Below, in pieces: positions 50,216 to 62,804 of a stretch of DNA of 64,000 nt. How positions within the stretch are numbered: position 1 is the stretch's first letter; each line of letters begins with the position of its first letter. Source of the DNA: Malacoraja senta (taxonomy: Eukaryota). The stretch is from positions 4,280,001 through 4,344,000 of the forward strand of contig CM075997.1 of assembly GCA_038087875.1 (NCBI GenBank), read 5' to 3'. The notes under the pieces are model-generated. The model had not been told where the DNA came from. It saw only the letters and a list, made by a program, of their open reading frames with translations, and searched no databases. A program made the position numbers and the translations under genes.

Positions 50216-52608
50216 TAGACAATAGACAATAGACAATAGACAATAGGTGCAGGAGTAGGCCATTTGACCCTTCGAGCCAGCACCGCCATTCAATGTGATC
50301 ATGGCTGATCATCCACAATCAGTACCCCGTTCCTGCCTTCTCCCCATATCCCCTGACTCCGCTATCTTTAAGAGCCCTATCTAGCTCTCTCTTGAAAGCA
50401 TCCAGAGAACCTGCCTCCACCGCCCTCTGAGGCAGAGAATTCCACAGACTCACAACTCTCTGTGAGAATTTGTTTTCCCTCGTCTCCGTTCTAAATGGCT
50501 TACTCCTTATTCTTAAACTGTGGCCCCTGGTTTTGGACTCCCCCAACATCGGGAACATGTTTCCTGCCTCTAGCGTGTCCAAACCCTTAACAATCTTATA
50601 TGTTTCAATGAGATGCCCTCTCATCCTTCTAAACTCCAGAAGGTACATGGATAGGACAGATTTGGATGGGTATGGGCCAAACGTGGGCAGGTGGGACTAC
50701 TGTAGCTGGGACATGTTGGTGGTCAGTGTGGGCAAGTTGGGCCGAAGGGCCTGTTTCACTGTATGCCTCTATGACTCTGTTCTCACACACTTGATGACAG
50801 AGTTCACGAAGGGTCGCCGTGGATTGTGAAACAGCGGGTAGTGCACATTTGAGATGGCGGCACATTCAGTCGGGAGCCTGGACCTGAGGGCCGGAGCTAC
50901 AGGGGGAGTTTGGCCAGGCTCGGACCTGACACCTTGGAGACAGCCACAAAGCTCTGGAGTAACTCGGCTGGTCAAACAGCATCTCCAGAGAAATGGAACA
51001 GGTGCCTTTTCGGGTCGAGACCCTTCTTCAGACTGAGAGAGGTGTCCCAGTCTGAGGAAGGGTCTCGACCCCGAAACGTCACCGACGCTCTCCGTCTGAA
51101 GAAGTCTTTAACCCATGAAACATGCAGGAAACATGTTCCCCATGTTGGGGGAGTCCAGAACCAGGGGCCACACAGTTTAAGAATAAGGAGTAAGCCATTT
51201 AGAACGGAGACGAGGAAACACTTTTTCTCACAGAGAGTGGTGAGTCTGTGGAATTTTCTGCCTCAGAGGGTGATGGAGGCCGGTTCTCTGGATACTTTCA
51301 AGAGAGAGCTAGATAGGGCTCTTGAAGATAGCGGAGTCATGGGGATATGGGGAGAAGGCAGGAACGGGGTACTGATTGGGGATGATCAGCCATGATCACA
51401 TTGAGTGGCGGTGCTGGCTCGAAGGGCCGAATGGCTTACTCCTGCACCTATTGTCTGTTGTCTATTGTCTAAACAGCAAAGGACTTTAGAGATACAGCAG
51501 AGAAACAGGCCCATGGAGTCCGTGCTAACCAGCGACCATCCAAGTACACTAGCACTATTCTACAGACTGGGGCAACAATTGAAGTTAATGAACCCACAAA
51601 TCTGTACGTCTTTGGAGTGTGGGAGGAAACCGGAGCATCCGGAGAAAACCCACGTGGTCACAGGGAGAACGTAAAACTCCGTACAGACAGCGGCCATAGT
51701 CAGGATCGAACCTGTGTCTGTGGCGCTGTGAGGCAGCAACTCTACCCACTACACCACCCTGCCCATGTATACTTTAGTATTAGGTTTCTCAATCTGGTCT
51801 CCCCCTTTCCTACTCCAGGCCTCTCTGCTCCTCCTCACCAACGCGTTCCAGGCACCCACTACTCTCTGTTTAAGAAAAATTGCCCTGCTCATCTAGGGCG
51901 GCACGGTGGCGCAGCGTGCTGCCTTACAGTGCCAGAGCCTGTCCGAAGTTTCCACCTTCTCCCCGTGACCTGCATGGGTTTTCTCCGAGATCTTCGGCTT
52001 CCTCCCACACTCCAAAGACGTGCAGGTTTGTAGGTTAATTGGCTTGGGTAAAATTGCGATTTGTCCCTCGTGTGTGTAGGGTAGTGTTAATGTGCGGGGA
52101 TCGCTGGTCGGCGTGGACTCGGTGGGCCGAAGGGCCTGTTTCCGTGCTGTATCCCTAAACTAGACTAAACATCTTTAAACTCTCCTCCTGTAACCTTATA
52201 GCTATCCCCTCGAGCCTTTGATATTTCCACCCTGAGAATTATAAGAATATTAAGGGTTTGGACACGTTAGAGGCAGGAAACATGATCCCGATGTTGGGAG
52301 AGTCCAGAACCAGGGGCCACTGTTTAAGAATAAGGAGTAAGCCATTTAGAATGTAGACGAGGAAACACTTTTTCACACAGAGAGTGGTGAGTTTGTGGAA
52401 TTCCCTGCCTGGAGGCCGGATCTCTGGATACTTTCAAGAGAGAGCTAGATAGGGCTCTTAAAGATAGCGTACTCAGGGGATATGGGGAGAAGGCAGGAAC
52501 GGGGTACTGATTGGGGATGATCAGCCATGATCACACTGAATGGCGGTGCTGGCTCGAAGGGCTGAATGGCCTTCTCCTGCATCTATTGTCTATTGTCTAT
52601 TGTCTATT
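50216..52608. mobile_element. Cluster of CR1 3' fragments (50216-50640 minus, 51124-51470 plus, 52238-52608 plus) with interspersed SINEs
   Basis: Repeated GESRTRGHSL...SQRVVSLWNSLP...GYGEKAG segments with (TATTGTC)n tails. Confidence 0.85.
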
Positions 52609-53657
52609 GAGAAAAAAGGTTCTCACTGTCTATGCCTCTCATAATTTTATATACTTCTATCAAAGTCTCCCCTTATCCTCCGACGTTCCTGAAAAATCAA
52701 TCCCAGTTTGTCCATCTCTGCATCCAAACTGCACATCCAGTTCTTTAGCGGACAGCTTGGTCATCTCCCTAATATTTACTGACATTAATGTCTGATTGAT
52801 AACACACTTGGGAGGACCTCTGGAATGAGTCAACAGTCTAGGTATGTGCGATGCATCTGTTTCCACGGGGTGTGATGTTAATGTTGTGGGAGAGATAGGC
52901 TTTAGAGATATTGATCAGAGGTAAATAGCAAGCAGGAAGGTACCATGGGGCGGCACGGTGGTGCAGCGGTAGAGTTGCTGCCTCACAGCGCCAGAGACCC
53001 GGGTTCGATCCCGACTACGGGTGCTGTCTGTACGGAGTTTGCACCTTCTCCCCGTGACCTGCATGGGTTTTCTCCGAGATCTTCGGTTTCCTCCCACGCT
53101 CCAAAGACGTACAAAGACATCCATCTTCGGCGCGCTGACCAGCGATCACCCCACTGGCACTATCCGGCACACCAGGGACAATTCACTTTTTTTTTTAAAC
53201 TGAAGGCAATTATCCTACAAACCTGTACGTCTTTGGAGGGTGGGAGGAAACCGGAGCATCCGGGGAAAACCCACACATTCACAGGGTGAAAGTATTAACT
53301 CCGTACGGCCAGCACCCGTAGTCGGGATCGAACCAGGGTCTCTGGCACTGGAGTTTGGAACTAAAGTAAAAATCAGCTGGAGGTGCGGAACAGACTGCCC
53401 ATACTCCATGGACAGTTAATGATCCAAGACATGATGGGCAACTGGTTTTGGGGCAGTCACAATGGTGCCTAGTACGAGATTGTCTCATCATCGTTTTCTC
53501 CTTCCTGTTTCCTACTGAGTCTGGCTAATAAGTTGACTTCATAGTTCCAAGCCTCTATCCTGCAGATCTCATTTATACCTCTCGGATTTGTTGGTGGGCG
53601 TGTTATTTGATTAGGGTTGGTAATAAATACACGATGTCCATCATGTCCAGGATAGTT

Positions 53658-54893
53658 TAGGAGCAGTTCCATCCAAGACCTCGCGAGATTGCAGAGAATT
53701 GTGGACGCAGCCCAGACCACCACACAAACCAACCTCCCTTCCATTGACTCCATCTACAACTCACACTGCCTCGGCAAGGCCAGCAGCATCATCAAGTACC
53801 AGTCTCACCCCTGGCCACTCCCTCTTCTCCCCTCTCTTATCAGGCAAGAGGTACAGAAGTACCTCCAAATCTGAGGAAGGACATTATTGCCATAGAGGGA
53901 ATGCAGAGAAGGTTCACCAGACTGATTCCTGGGATGTCAGGACTGTCTTATGAAGAAAGACTGGATAGACTTGGTTTATACTCTCTAGAATTTAGGAGAT
54001 TGAGAGGGGATCTTATAGAAACTTACAAAATTCTTAAGGGGTTGGACAGGCTAGATGCAGGAAGATTGTTCCCGATGTTGGGGAAGTCCAGGACAAGGGG
54101 TCACAGCTTAAGGATAAGGGGGAAATCCTTTAAAACCGAGATGAGAAGAACTTTTTTCACACAGAGAGTGGTGAATCTCTGGAACTCTCTGCCACAGAGG
54201 GTAGTCGAGGCCAGTTCATTGGCTATATTTAAGAGGGAGTTAGATGTGGCCCTTGTGGCTAAAGGGATCAGAGGGTATGGAGAGAAGGCAGGTACGGGAT
54301 ACTGAGTTGGATGATCAGCCATGATCATATTGAATGGCGGTGCAGGCTTGAAGGGCCGAATGGCCTACTCCTGCACCTAATTTCTATGTTTCTATGTTTC
54401 TATAAGTGTGAAAACGCACACCTCCAGATTCAGGGACAGTTTCTTCCCAGCTGTTATCAGGCAACTGAACCATCCTACACTCCCCGTTGGATTGCAACCT
54501 TGTCGTGGTCGGGGAGCTTGTGTGTCTCAGTGACCCCTAGAGCAATGCCAGCAGGAGGTTCCTCTCCTGTTAGGGTCTCCCATGCTGGACAGGTCGATGG
54601 GTAGAGGCGAGACGAAGAGCGATCCACTGGTCCTCCAGGTTGGAGGTTGAGCACAGGGCTAACAACCCTGTCTCGTAAAACAAATATGTTACGGAAACAG
54701 CAAGTGAAGGAATCAACACTACTGAGTGGAGGACCTTCGTTGCTGCCCTACATGCCAGGAGGTATAATAGGCAGTAAGTAAGTAAGAATCATCCTACCAA
54801 CAACTAGAGATCCATCATGATCTAACATCTACCTCATTGGTGACCCTGGGACTATCTTTAATTGGACTTTACTGGACTTTATCTTGCATTAAT
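53658..54893 (+). mobile_element. Rex1/Babar 3' fragment hosting a young CR1 (53864-54402) and an RTE element
   Basis: Host colinear with 24150-24510 on both sides of each insertion; CR1 ORF 53901-54305. Confidence 0.88.
54479..54785 (+). mobile_element. Short non-autonomous RTE-derived element (5' end joined to 3' end)
   Basis: 12-bp TSD GAA(C/T)CATCCTAC at 54467-54478 and 54786-54797; RTE-like 5' motif; (AGTA)n tail. Confidence 0.8.
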
Positions 54894-56377
54894 ACCAGTT
54901 ATCAGCACGGACTCAGTGGGCCAAAGAGCCTGTTTGCATACTGTATCTCTAAGAAAATAAAAATAATATTGGGATCTGATACAAATCCTGTGTCCAGCAG
55001 ATATTAAGAGTCTCTCTAATCTAGATAATATTCAGGTATTAATTATTATAGACATACTCTATGTCCTTCCCCCTCATTATCTCACTCTAACTTGGAGAAG
55101 AAGATACTTGTCATTCTTTGAGAAGCATTGGTTGCATTTTTCCAGTTACTGCTAGACTACTAATATAATGGTAACATTGACTTGCGTTTGCGTGTAGCTC
55201 CGCAGGATCCAGTGGCAGCCATTTACAATGCTTGGTGGTGTTCCATACCACGTGCAGTTTTGTACGTCAATTGGCTTCTCTAAATTGTAAATTGTCCCTA
55301 GTGTACGGGGTGATCGCTGGCCGGCACGGACACGGTGGGCCAAAGGGCCTGTATCCCCACTCTATCTCTAAATTTTAAAGGTGCTCCGGTTTCCTTCCAC
55401 ACCTCAAAGACATGCAGGTTTGTAGGCTAATTGGCCCTCTGTAAATTGCGCCTAGTCATAGAGTGATACAGTGTGGAAACAGGCCCTTCGGCCCAACTTG
55501 CCCACACTGCCCAACATGTCCCAGCTACACTAGTCCCACCTGCCCGTGTTTGGTCCATATCCCTCCAAATCTGTCCTATCTGTGTACCTGTCTAACTGTT
55601 TCTTAAATGTTGGGATAGTCCCAGCCTCAACTACCTCCTCTGGCTGCTCGTTCCATACACCCACCACCTTTTGTGTGAAAAAGTTGCCTCTCAGATCCCT
55701 ATTAAATCTTTTCCCCTTCACCTTGAACCTATGTCCTCTGGTCCTCGATTCACCTACTCTGGGCAAGAGTGTGCATCTAGTGTGTAGGGAGTGAATGTGA
55801 AAGTGGGTCAATGTAGAACTAGTGGTCAATGGGTGAACCACGTGGAGTCAGCATGGACTCGGTGGGCCGAAGGGCCTGTTTCCAGGCTGTATCTAGGGAC
55901 TGAGCAAGGACACTAGTTAAAAATCTCATCTACGTGCCAATGGTGAAGTGGATGGAATGTGTCAATTAGGTCCACATGGACAATATTGTTTCCTGTAATC
56001 TGGTAATAGTCTTAGTTAAGTCAATAAGAATTGTTTTGTTTTGATTAAGCCAAAGGGATGGGCAAAGCGCAGTAGGTAAAAATGCAAACTATTTAAGCAA
56101 CAGGCATCTTGAACCTTGGACAGTTTCTCCTGTTCTGTTAAAAAGCTGAACAACATGTTAGCAACCAGTATTGTGGGCCGAGACTGAATATTGACTGGAC
56201 ACTGAGAGAACCAGTGTTGGCAACCTGCACTGGGATAATAGAGCCATGGAGTGATACAGTGCGGAAACAGGCCCTTCGGCCCACACCGGCCAACCTGTCC
56301 CAGATACACTAGCCCCACCTGCCCGCGTTTGGCCCACATCCCTCCAAGGTGTTGGAAGGAAGTGCAGATACTGGTTA

Positions 56378-56619
56378 CCACGACAACCAAGCGCAGACTC
56401 GGCGATCGCTTCACTGAACACCTCCGCTCAGTCCGCCTGGGCCTACGCCATCTCCCGGTTGACAAACACCTTAACTCCCCCTCCCATTCCCCACACGGAA
56501 CTTTCTGTCCTGGGCCTCAGAGTGAGGCCTGGCGCAAACTGGAGGAACAGCGCCTCATATTTCGCGTGGGCAGCTTACACCCCAACGATATGAACATTGA
56601 TTTCTCCAACTTCAAGTAA
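56378..56619 (+). pseudogene. Penelope-like GIY-YIG endonuclease C-terminal remnant
   Basis: TKRRLGDRFTEHLRSV...PVDKHLNS...RKLEEQRLIFRVGSLHPNDMNIDFSNFK-stop; followed by a pyrimidine-rich UTR and a hammerhead at 57160-57187. Confidence 0.85.
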
Positions 56620-56832
56620 CCCCTTGCTTTCCCTCTCTCTCCATCTCTCCCCCCACCCTAGTTCTCTGACTAGTTTGACTGTCCTGATTAACACCTGTAT
56701 GCGTCGTTGCCACCTCCCCCTCAGCCAACAAAGAACCATTCGACATTTCCTTGTTCATCGTCTGCTTTGATCTGTCATTTTCACACCTTACATTCTCTGT
56801 ACCGAAGATAGAAACAAAATGCTGGAGTATAA

Positions 56833-57036
56833 AGGGCCTGTCCCACTTGCTGATATTTTTCGGCGACTACCGGCATCATTGACTGAGGTATCAGGTCACC
56901 GAAAAATTTGCGGCATGATTTTCAAGTGTTGCAACATTTTTTTGTCGCCACTGGATTTTGAAATGTTCAAAATCATTTGGCGACACTGATATGACGCCGG
57001 CAGTCACCAAAAAAATCACCAAGTGGGGCAGGCCGT
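56833..57036. mobile_element. PIF/Harbinger-type MITE, subfamily B
   Basis: TIRs AGGGCCTGTCCCACTTG / CAAGTGGGGCAGGCCGT; flanks GCTGGAGTA-TAA and TTA-CTCAGC. Confidence 0.85.
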
Positions 57037-57465
57037 TTACTCAGCGGGACAGGCAGCATCTCTGGTGAGGAGGAATGGGTGGCGTTTCGGGTCAAGACCC
57101 TTCTTCAATCTCTTTGAATCCATCTATATCATTTGTCTCCCTCTCCCCTGACTCTCAGTCTGAAGAGGGGTCTCGACCTGAAACGTCACCCATTCTTTCT
57201 CTCCAGAGATGCTGCCTGTCCCGCTGAGTTACTCCAGCGCTTTGTGTCTATCTTCAAGATAATAGGTCGGCAGGAATTGGTATGAGTCAGTAGACAAGGC
57301 AACGGAGAGAAGATCACGTCTTCATTCAGTTTCAGTAACACCTCCTCTCTCCTCAAAGGTCCTCACTGCTATGTTCTATTTTTTTTTATTCATTGGTGGG
57401 ACAGCGGTAGAGTTGCTACCTTACAGTGCTTACAGTGCCAGAGACCCGGGTTCGATCCTGACTAC

Positions 57466-58184
57466 CATGTAACCATATAACCAAATAACAATTACAGCAC
57501 GGAAACAGGCCATCTCGACTCTTCTAGTCCGTGCCGAACACGTATTCTCCCCTAGTCCCATATACCTGCACTCAGACCATAACCCTCCATTCCTTTCCCG
57601 TCCATATACCCATCAAATCTATTTTTAAATGATAAAATCGAACCTGCCTCCACCACCTTCACTGGAAGCTCATTCCACACAGCCACCACTCTCTGAATCA
57701 AGAAGTTCCCCCTCACGTTACCCCTAAACTTCTGTCCCTTAATTCTCAAGTCATGTCCTCTCATCTTTGAATCTTCCCTACTCTCAGGAAAAGCTTATCC
57801 ACGTCAACTCTGTCTATCCCTCTCATCATTTTAAAGACCTCTATCAAGTCCCCCCTTAACCTTCTGCGCTCCAAAGAATAAAGACCTAACTTGTTCAGCC
57901 TTTCTCTGTAATTTAGTTGCTGAAACCCAGGCAACATTCTCGTAAATCTCCTCTGTACTCTCTCTATTTTGTTGACATCCTTCCTATAATTAGGCTACCA
58001 AAATTGTACACCATACTCCAGAATTGGCCTCACCAATGCCTTGTACAATTTTAACATTACATCCCAACTTCTATACTCAATGCTCTGATTTATAAAGGGC
58101 AGCACACCAAAAGCTTTCTTTACCACCCTATCTACATGAGATTCCACTTTCAGGGAACTGTGCACAGTTATTCCAAGATCTCAA
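57466..58184 (-). mobile_element. Divergent CR1 lineage 3' fragment inserted into a V-SINE
   Basis: RGHDLRIKGQKFRGNVRGNFLIQRVVAVWNELP; GACTAC TSD at 57460-57465 and 58185-58190; SINE halves at ~57395-57465 and 58185-58443. Confidence 0.9.
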
Positions 58185-58578
58185 GACTACGGGTGCTGTC
58201 TGTACGGAGTTTGTACGTTCTCCCTGTGACCTGCGTGGGTTTTCCCCCGAGATCTTCGGTTTCCTCCCACACTCCAAAGACGTGCAGGTTTGTAGGTTAA
58301 TTGGCTTGGGTTTGTGTACGTGGTATAAGTGTAAATTGTCCCTAGTGTGGGTGGGCTTGTGTCAATGTGCGGGGATCGCTGGTCGGTGCGGACTTGGTGG
58401 GCCGAAGGGCCCGTTTCCGCGCTGTATCTCTAAACTAAACTAAATGTGGCTGAGAATACCAGTGGACATTTGACTTTAGACACTAGATTTACAGCATGGA
58501 AACAGGACCTTCGGCCCACCGAGTCCACACCAACCAGCGATCCCCATACACTTAGCACTATCCTACACACACTAGGGA

Positions 58579-58725
58579 TGAAATTGCTGGACAAACTCAG
58601 CGGGTGAGGCAGCATCTATGGAGCGAAATAAATTTCCTTCGCTCCATAGATGCTGCCTCACCCGCTGAGTTTCTCCAGCAATTTTGCCTACCTTCGATTT
58701 TCCAGCATCTGCAGTTCTTTCTTAA
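58579..58725. mobile_element. Fold-back Penelope-derived insertion in a SINE
   Basis: Arms 58581-58625 and 58638-58684 are near-perfect inverted copies; 12-bp TSD ACACACTAGGGA at 58567-58578 and 58726-58737. Confidence 0.85.
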
Positions 58726-59459
58726 ACACACTAGGGACAATTCATTTCACATTTCATACCAAGCCAATTAATCTACAATCCTGCACGTCTTTGGAGTGTG
58801 GGAGGAAACTGAAGGTCTCGGAAAAAACCCACGCAGGCCACGGGGAGAATGTACAAACTCCGTACAGGATCGAACCTGGGTCTCGGGCGCTGCAAGCGCT
58901 GTAAGGCAGCAACTCTACCGCTGCGCCACCGTGCCGCCCACGTTGAGACCCTATGCTATGATCAGTACTTTTAACAGCAACGGCCCTCTAATGGGGCAGC
59001 ACTCAGTAAGTTAGTGGTCTGGTCATGCCAATTCTAAAAGACTCCAGAATCAATAACCGTGGATTTACCGAGCTGCGATCAATCTGGAAAACGGTGACGG
59101 TTGAATGCATAAATGTGATTATTCAGCTGTTGGGCAATCTATAGTTTCTGATTGCTTTCTGTTTTACACATTCTTCATTTCCTTTCTCTCGCTACTGAAA
59201 ATAAGCACGTAAGGCATTGCAGCAGGAAAAGGCCATCCAGCCCCGAGAGCCTGCTCCACCGTTCAATAAGATCACGGCTGATTTGATCTCGCGCCTGCTT
59301 GCCATAATCCTTCATTCCTCCGCGGACTAAACATCCATCCCAGCCTTCAATATATTCAGCATTCAGCCTCTCCTGCTTCCCCTGGTAGACAATTCCAAAG
59401 GTTCGCGATGATCTAAGAGCAGAAATCGTTTCCCTTTTACTCTGACACTATGTTCGTAA

Positions 59460-60010
59460 GTTCTAGGAGCAGAATTAGGCCATTCGGCCCATCATGTCTA
59501 CGCCATTGAATCATGGCTGATCTTTCTCTCCCTCCTAACCCCATTCTCCTGCCTTCTCCCCATAACCTCTGACACCTGTACTAATCAAGAATCTATCTAT
59601 CTCTGCCTTAAAAATATCCTTTGACTTGGCCTCCACAGCCTTCTGTGGCAAAGAATTCCACAGATTCACCACCCTCTGACTAAAGAAATCTCCTCATCTC
59701 CTTCCTAAAAGAACGTCCTTTAATTCTGAGGCTGTGACCTCTAGTCCTAGACTCTCCCACTAGTGGAAAGATCCTCTCCACATTCACTCTATCCAGGCCT
59801 TTCACTATTCTGTAAGTTTCAATGAGGTCCCCCCCTCATTCTTCTAAACTCCAGCGAGTACAGGCCCAGTGCCGACAAACCCCTGACACCCATACTAATC
59901 AAGAACCTGTCGATCTCCACCTTAAAAATACCCATTGACCTGGCCTCCACAGCCTTCTGTGGCAATGAATTGCCACCCTCTGACTAAAGAAATTCCTCCT
60001 CATCTCTTTC
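59460..60010 (-). mobile_element. CR1 3' fragments
   Basis: Same subfamily as 19220-19690. Confidence 0.88.
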
Positions 60011-60011
60011 C

Positions 60012-60603
60012 CATGCCCGTCTGGCACTGAATTGTTCCCGCGGGATAATTCATCTTGCGGGAAGCAGCCACGCTGGCCCTCTCTCGAAAGGCACAGACCA
60101 GTGAATCCCACCTCCTCCATCAGACCGTCACAGAGACACCACGACGAGTGCGCCTCAAGTCACGGCACCCCTTTGCCACGCAAGCCCAAGAGCTGCTCTG
60201 CGCAACACCGGCTGATGCTTCTAAGGCTGCCTGGGTCAAGACGAGATGGAGAGACCAGTGGAAGTCAGCGGAACCATCTAGGCTACACCATTACATCGAT
60301 GACCCCATGGACGACCCTGGCCAGGACCTGCCCCGAAAGCAGTGGACAACCCTCAACCGCTTGAGGACAGGCGTCGGACGCTATGGAGTAGCGATGAAGA
60401 GGTGGGGCCTCGTGGACAGCGAGTGCCTCCTGCGAGTGTGGGGACCCAACACAGACAGTGGAGCCCACACATAGTCACCAGTTGCCCCAAACACCGGCCA
60501 CCAAATGGTGAACGAGGTCTGGTTGACCTGGACGATGACACGTTGGCCTGGCTCGCCTCAACGGAGCTGCCGGTCTAAAAGACATACGACAGAAGCAGAA
60601 GAA
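60012..60603 (+). mobile_element. Ingi/Vingi-like non-LTR retrotransposon 3' end
   Basis: RLKSRHPF, LPRKQWTTLNRLRTGVGR, frameshifted C-x-C-G..QT..HI..CP knuckle, stop at 60578, CATACG and GAA-rich tail. Confidence 0.75.
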
Positions 60604-60689
60604 TTATTCTCTCAGCATTTACTGTCAAGTTACCTCAGATATGAAGGTGCTCGACATCGAGGTGGAGTCCCGGGAGAACCTTGCTGCTG

Positions 60690-60980
60690 ACCGCACGAGG
60701 TGGAGAGGTACCCTGAACCAACATCTCAAAACGGGGGGGGGTGGGGGGGAGAGAAACTGTTGAACGCAGCGGCAGAGAAGCGGGCGCACAGAAAGGAGCG
60801 CAGCAACGTCAACAAACCAGAGACCACACACACAAATGTGACCTTTGCCACAGAGACTGTCACTCCCGCATTGGTCTCTTCAGCCGCAAGCGACGCTGCT
60901 CCAGCCGAGGTTTGGAGCCAGCAGCCAACAACTAGAATGCAACACCCATGGTCAGTCATGACCGAGGGAGGCCTACGGAC
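60690..60980 (+). mobile_element. RTE-clade retrotransposon 3' end
   Basis: HKCDLCHRDCHSRIGLFSRKRRC matches the RTE C-terminal CxxC...SRIGLxSH motif. Confidence 0.75.
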
Positions 60981-61307
60981 CTCAGAGTCCAATATAAACA
61001 TTCGATTCTCCAATATTAAGCGACCACCCCTTCCCCCCCCCTCCCTCAACCCATCCCTGTGTTCACTCATTTCTCCCCCGCTCCTGCCCCTCCTTCCCCA
61101 CTGCCCCACCACCCTCCTCCTTGTTCCCTTCCGCCTATATCCCTCCCTCTGGCTTTACATTGCACTCATAGACGCATCGAAGCACACAGCACGGAAACAA
61201 GCTCTTCAGCCCCATGTCGACCAAGGTGCCCCATCTCAGCTGGTCCACATTTGGCCCATATCCCTCTAAACCTCTCCTATCCTTTGGTTCAATGATGCTT
61301 TCATTGT

Positions 61308-61545
61308 GTAGAGAGTGGTGAGTCTGTGGAATTCTCTGCCTCAGAGGGCGGTGGAGGCCGGTTCTCTGGATACTTTCAAGAGAGAGCTAGATAGGGCTCT
61401 TAAAGATAGTGGAGTCAGGGGATATGGGGAGAAGGCAGGAACAGGGTACTGATTGGGGATGATCAGCCATGATCACATTGTATGGCGGTGCTGGCTCGAA
61501 GGGCCGAATGGCCTACTCCTGCACCTATTGTCTATTGTCTGTTGT
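61308..61545 (+). mobile_element. CR1 3' terminus
   Basis: RVVSLWNSLPQRAVEAGSLD...GYGEKAGTGY; (TATTGTC)n tail. Confidence 0.9.
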
Positions 61546-62174
61546 TTTTTGAAGGAACTGCAGATGCTGGTTTAAACCGAAGATAGACACAAAAAGCTTG
61601 AGTAACTCAGCGGGTCAGGCAGCATCTCTGGAGAGAAGGAATGGGTGACGTTTCGGGTCGAGACCCTTCTTCGGACTATTGCCACTTGTGCAAAGTGTTA
61701 ACACAGTAAAATTATTTTCCTTTTAAACAGCCCAGTGCAGTATTGCCACCCCCCCGACCAGCAAGTGTACAGAGATAGTCCGCTGAGCTCACATGCAGGA
61801 GGTGCCATTTTTTTTCCGCCATTTTCAAATTCGATGCTCTGGTTCCTGTGGGCGGTGCCTGTTCCAGGCGAGTCCCAGGCTGTTGTCGGGCCTCCAGCCA
61901 TCGCCCAGCTTGGAGGCCACGTCCCTCTCCATGCCCCATCCACCTTTGTTCCCCAGGGGGTGGTTCCCTCCTTTCTTGGAGCCCCGGTTACCTCTCCTCT
62001 CCCGCCTCACCCGACATCACCCGCTCCTTCCTCCCGGTCAAAATGAAGGAGAGGTGTGCAAAAGGACAACTCAAAGCCGGCAACGGTGATCAAGGAATGG
62101 CGGAACCCACCCTTCATTCATTTGTTCTCTGAACCTCTTCACACCTCTCGTCTCCCTCTCCCCCGACTCTCAGT

Positions 62175-62202
62175 CTGAAGAAGGGTCTCGACCCGAAACG
62201 TC
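62175..62202 (+). ncRNA. Minimal hammerhead ribozyme motif, intact core
   Basis: CTGAAGAAGGGTCTCGACCCGAAACGTC, identical to 5794-5821 and 16398-16425. Confidence 0.75.
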
Positions 62203-62332
62203 ACCCGTTCCTTCCCTCCAGAGATGCTGCCTGTCCCGCTGAGTTACTCCAGCTTTTTGGTGTCGATCTCCAGCCACAACAACAATCTTGCTCTCAACAG
62301 AGGTAGACAGAAAACCTCAAGTGCTGGAGTAA

Positions 62333-62801
62333 AGGGCCTGTCCCACTTGGCCGTCATTTGCGCCTCATTTACGCATCATATGTAAAATAGGTCGACGAGT
62401 CGTGATGCGCGGCGTCGCGCGCAAATCACGCGTCAGCACAGTCGTCTGGTGCGCGTCACGTCATTAGAATACCCCGCGGCACGCGGCGACGCCTGGTTAC
62501 GCACTTTGACGCACGGTGATGTAACCATGCGTCACCAGGCGATACACGTGAGACGTCGGGACGCCAGCGTGCGACGCCAACACGTCAGTGTGCATATGAG
62601 ATACGTCACGCAGTTGGCGCGCGAGGATTTCGATACACTACGAAATCCTGGAGCGCTGCGCGCCACCGCATGCGATTCCACGCCTCACCATGCGCAATGC
62701 GAGCGTTACCCCACGCGCACCGCACGCATCACGACGCGTCAACCTATTTTACATATGACGCGGAAATGAGGCGCAAATGACGGCCAAGTGGGACAGGCCC
62801 T
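62333..62801 (+). mobile_element. PIF/Harbinger-type MITE, subfamily A, complete
   Basis: Long TIR AGGGCCTGTCCCACTTGGCCGTCATTTGCGCCTCATTT at both ends; TAA TSD at 62330-62332 and 62802-62804. Confidence 0.92.
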
Positions 62802-62804
62802 TAA

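Noticed and set aside
61700..62089. Plus-strand exon after TTTTCCTTTTAAACAG
   Set aside because: Acceptor-like, but no recognisable protein, no convincing donor, and partial similarity to a probable repeat at 16575-17070
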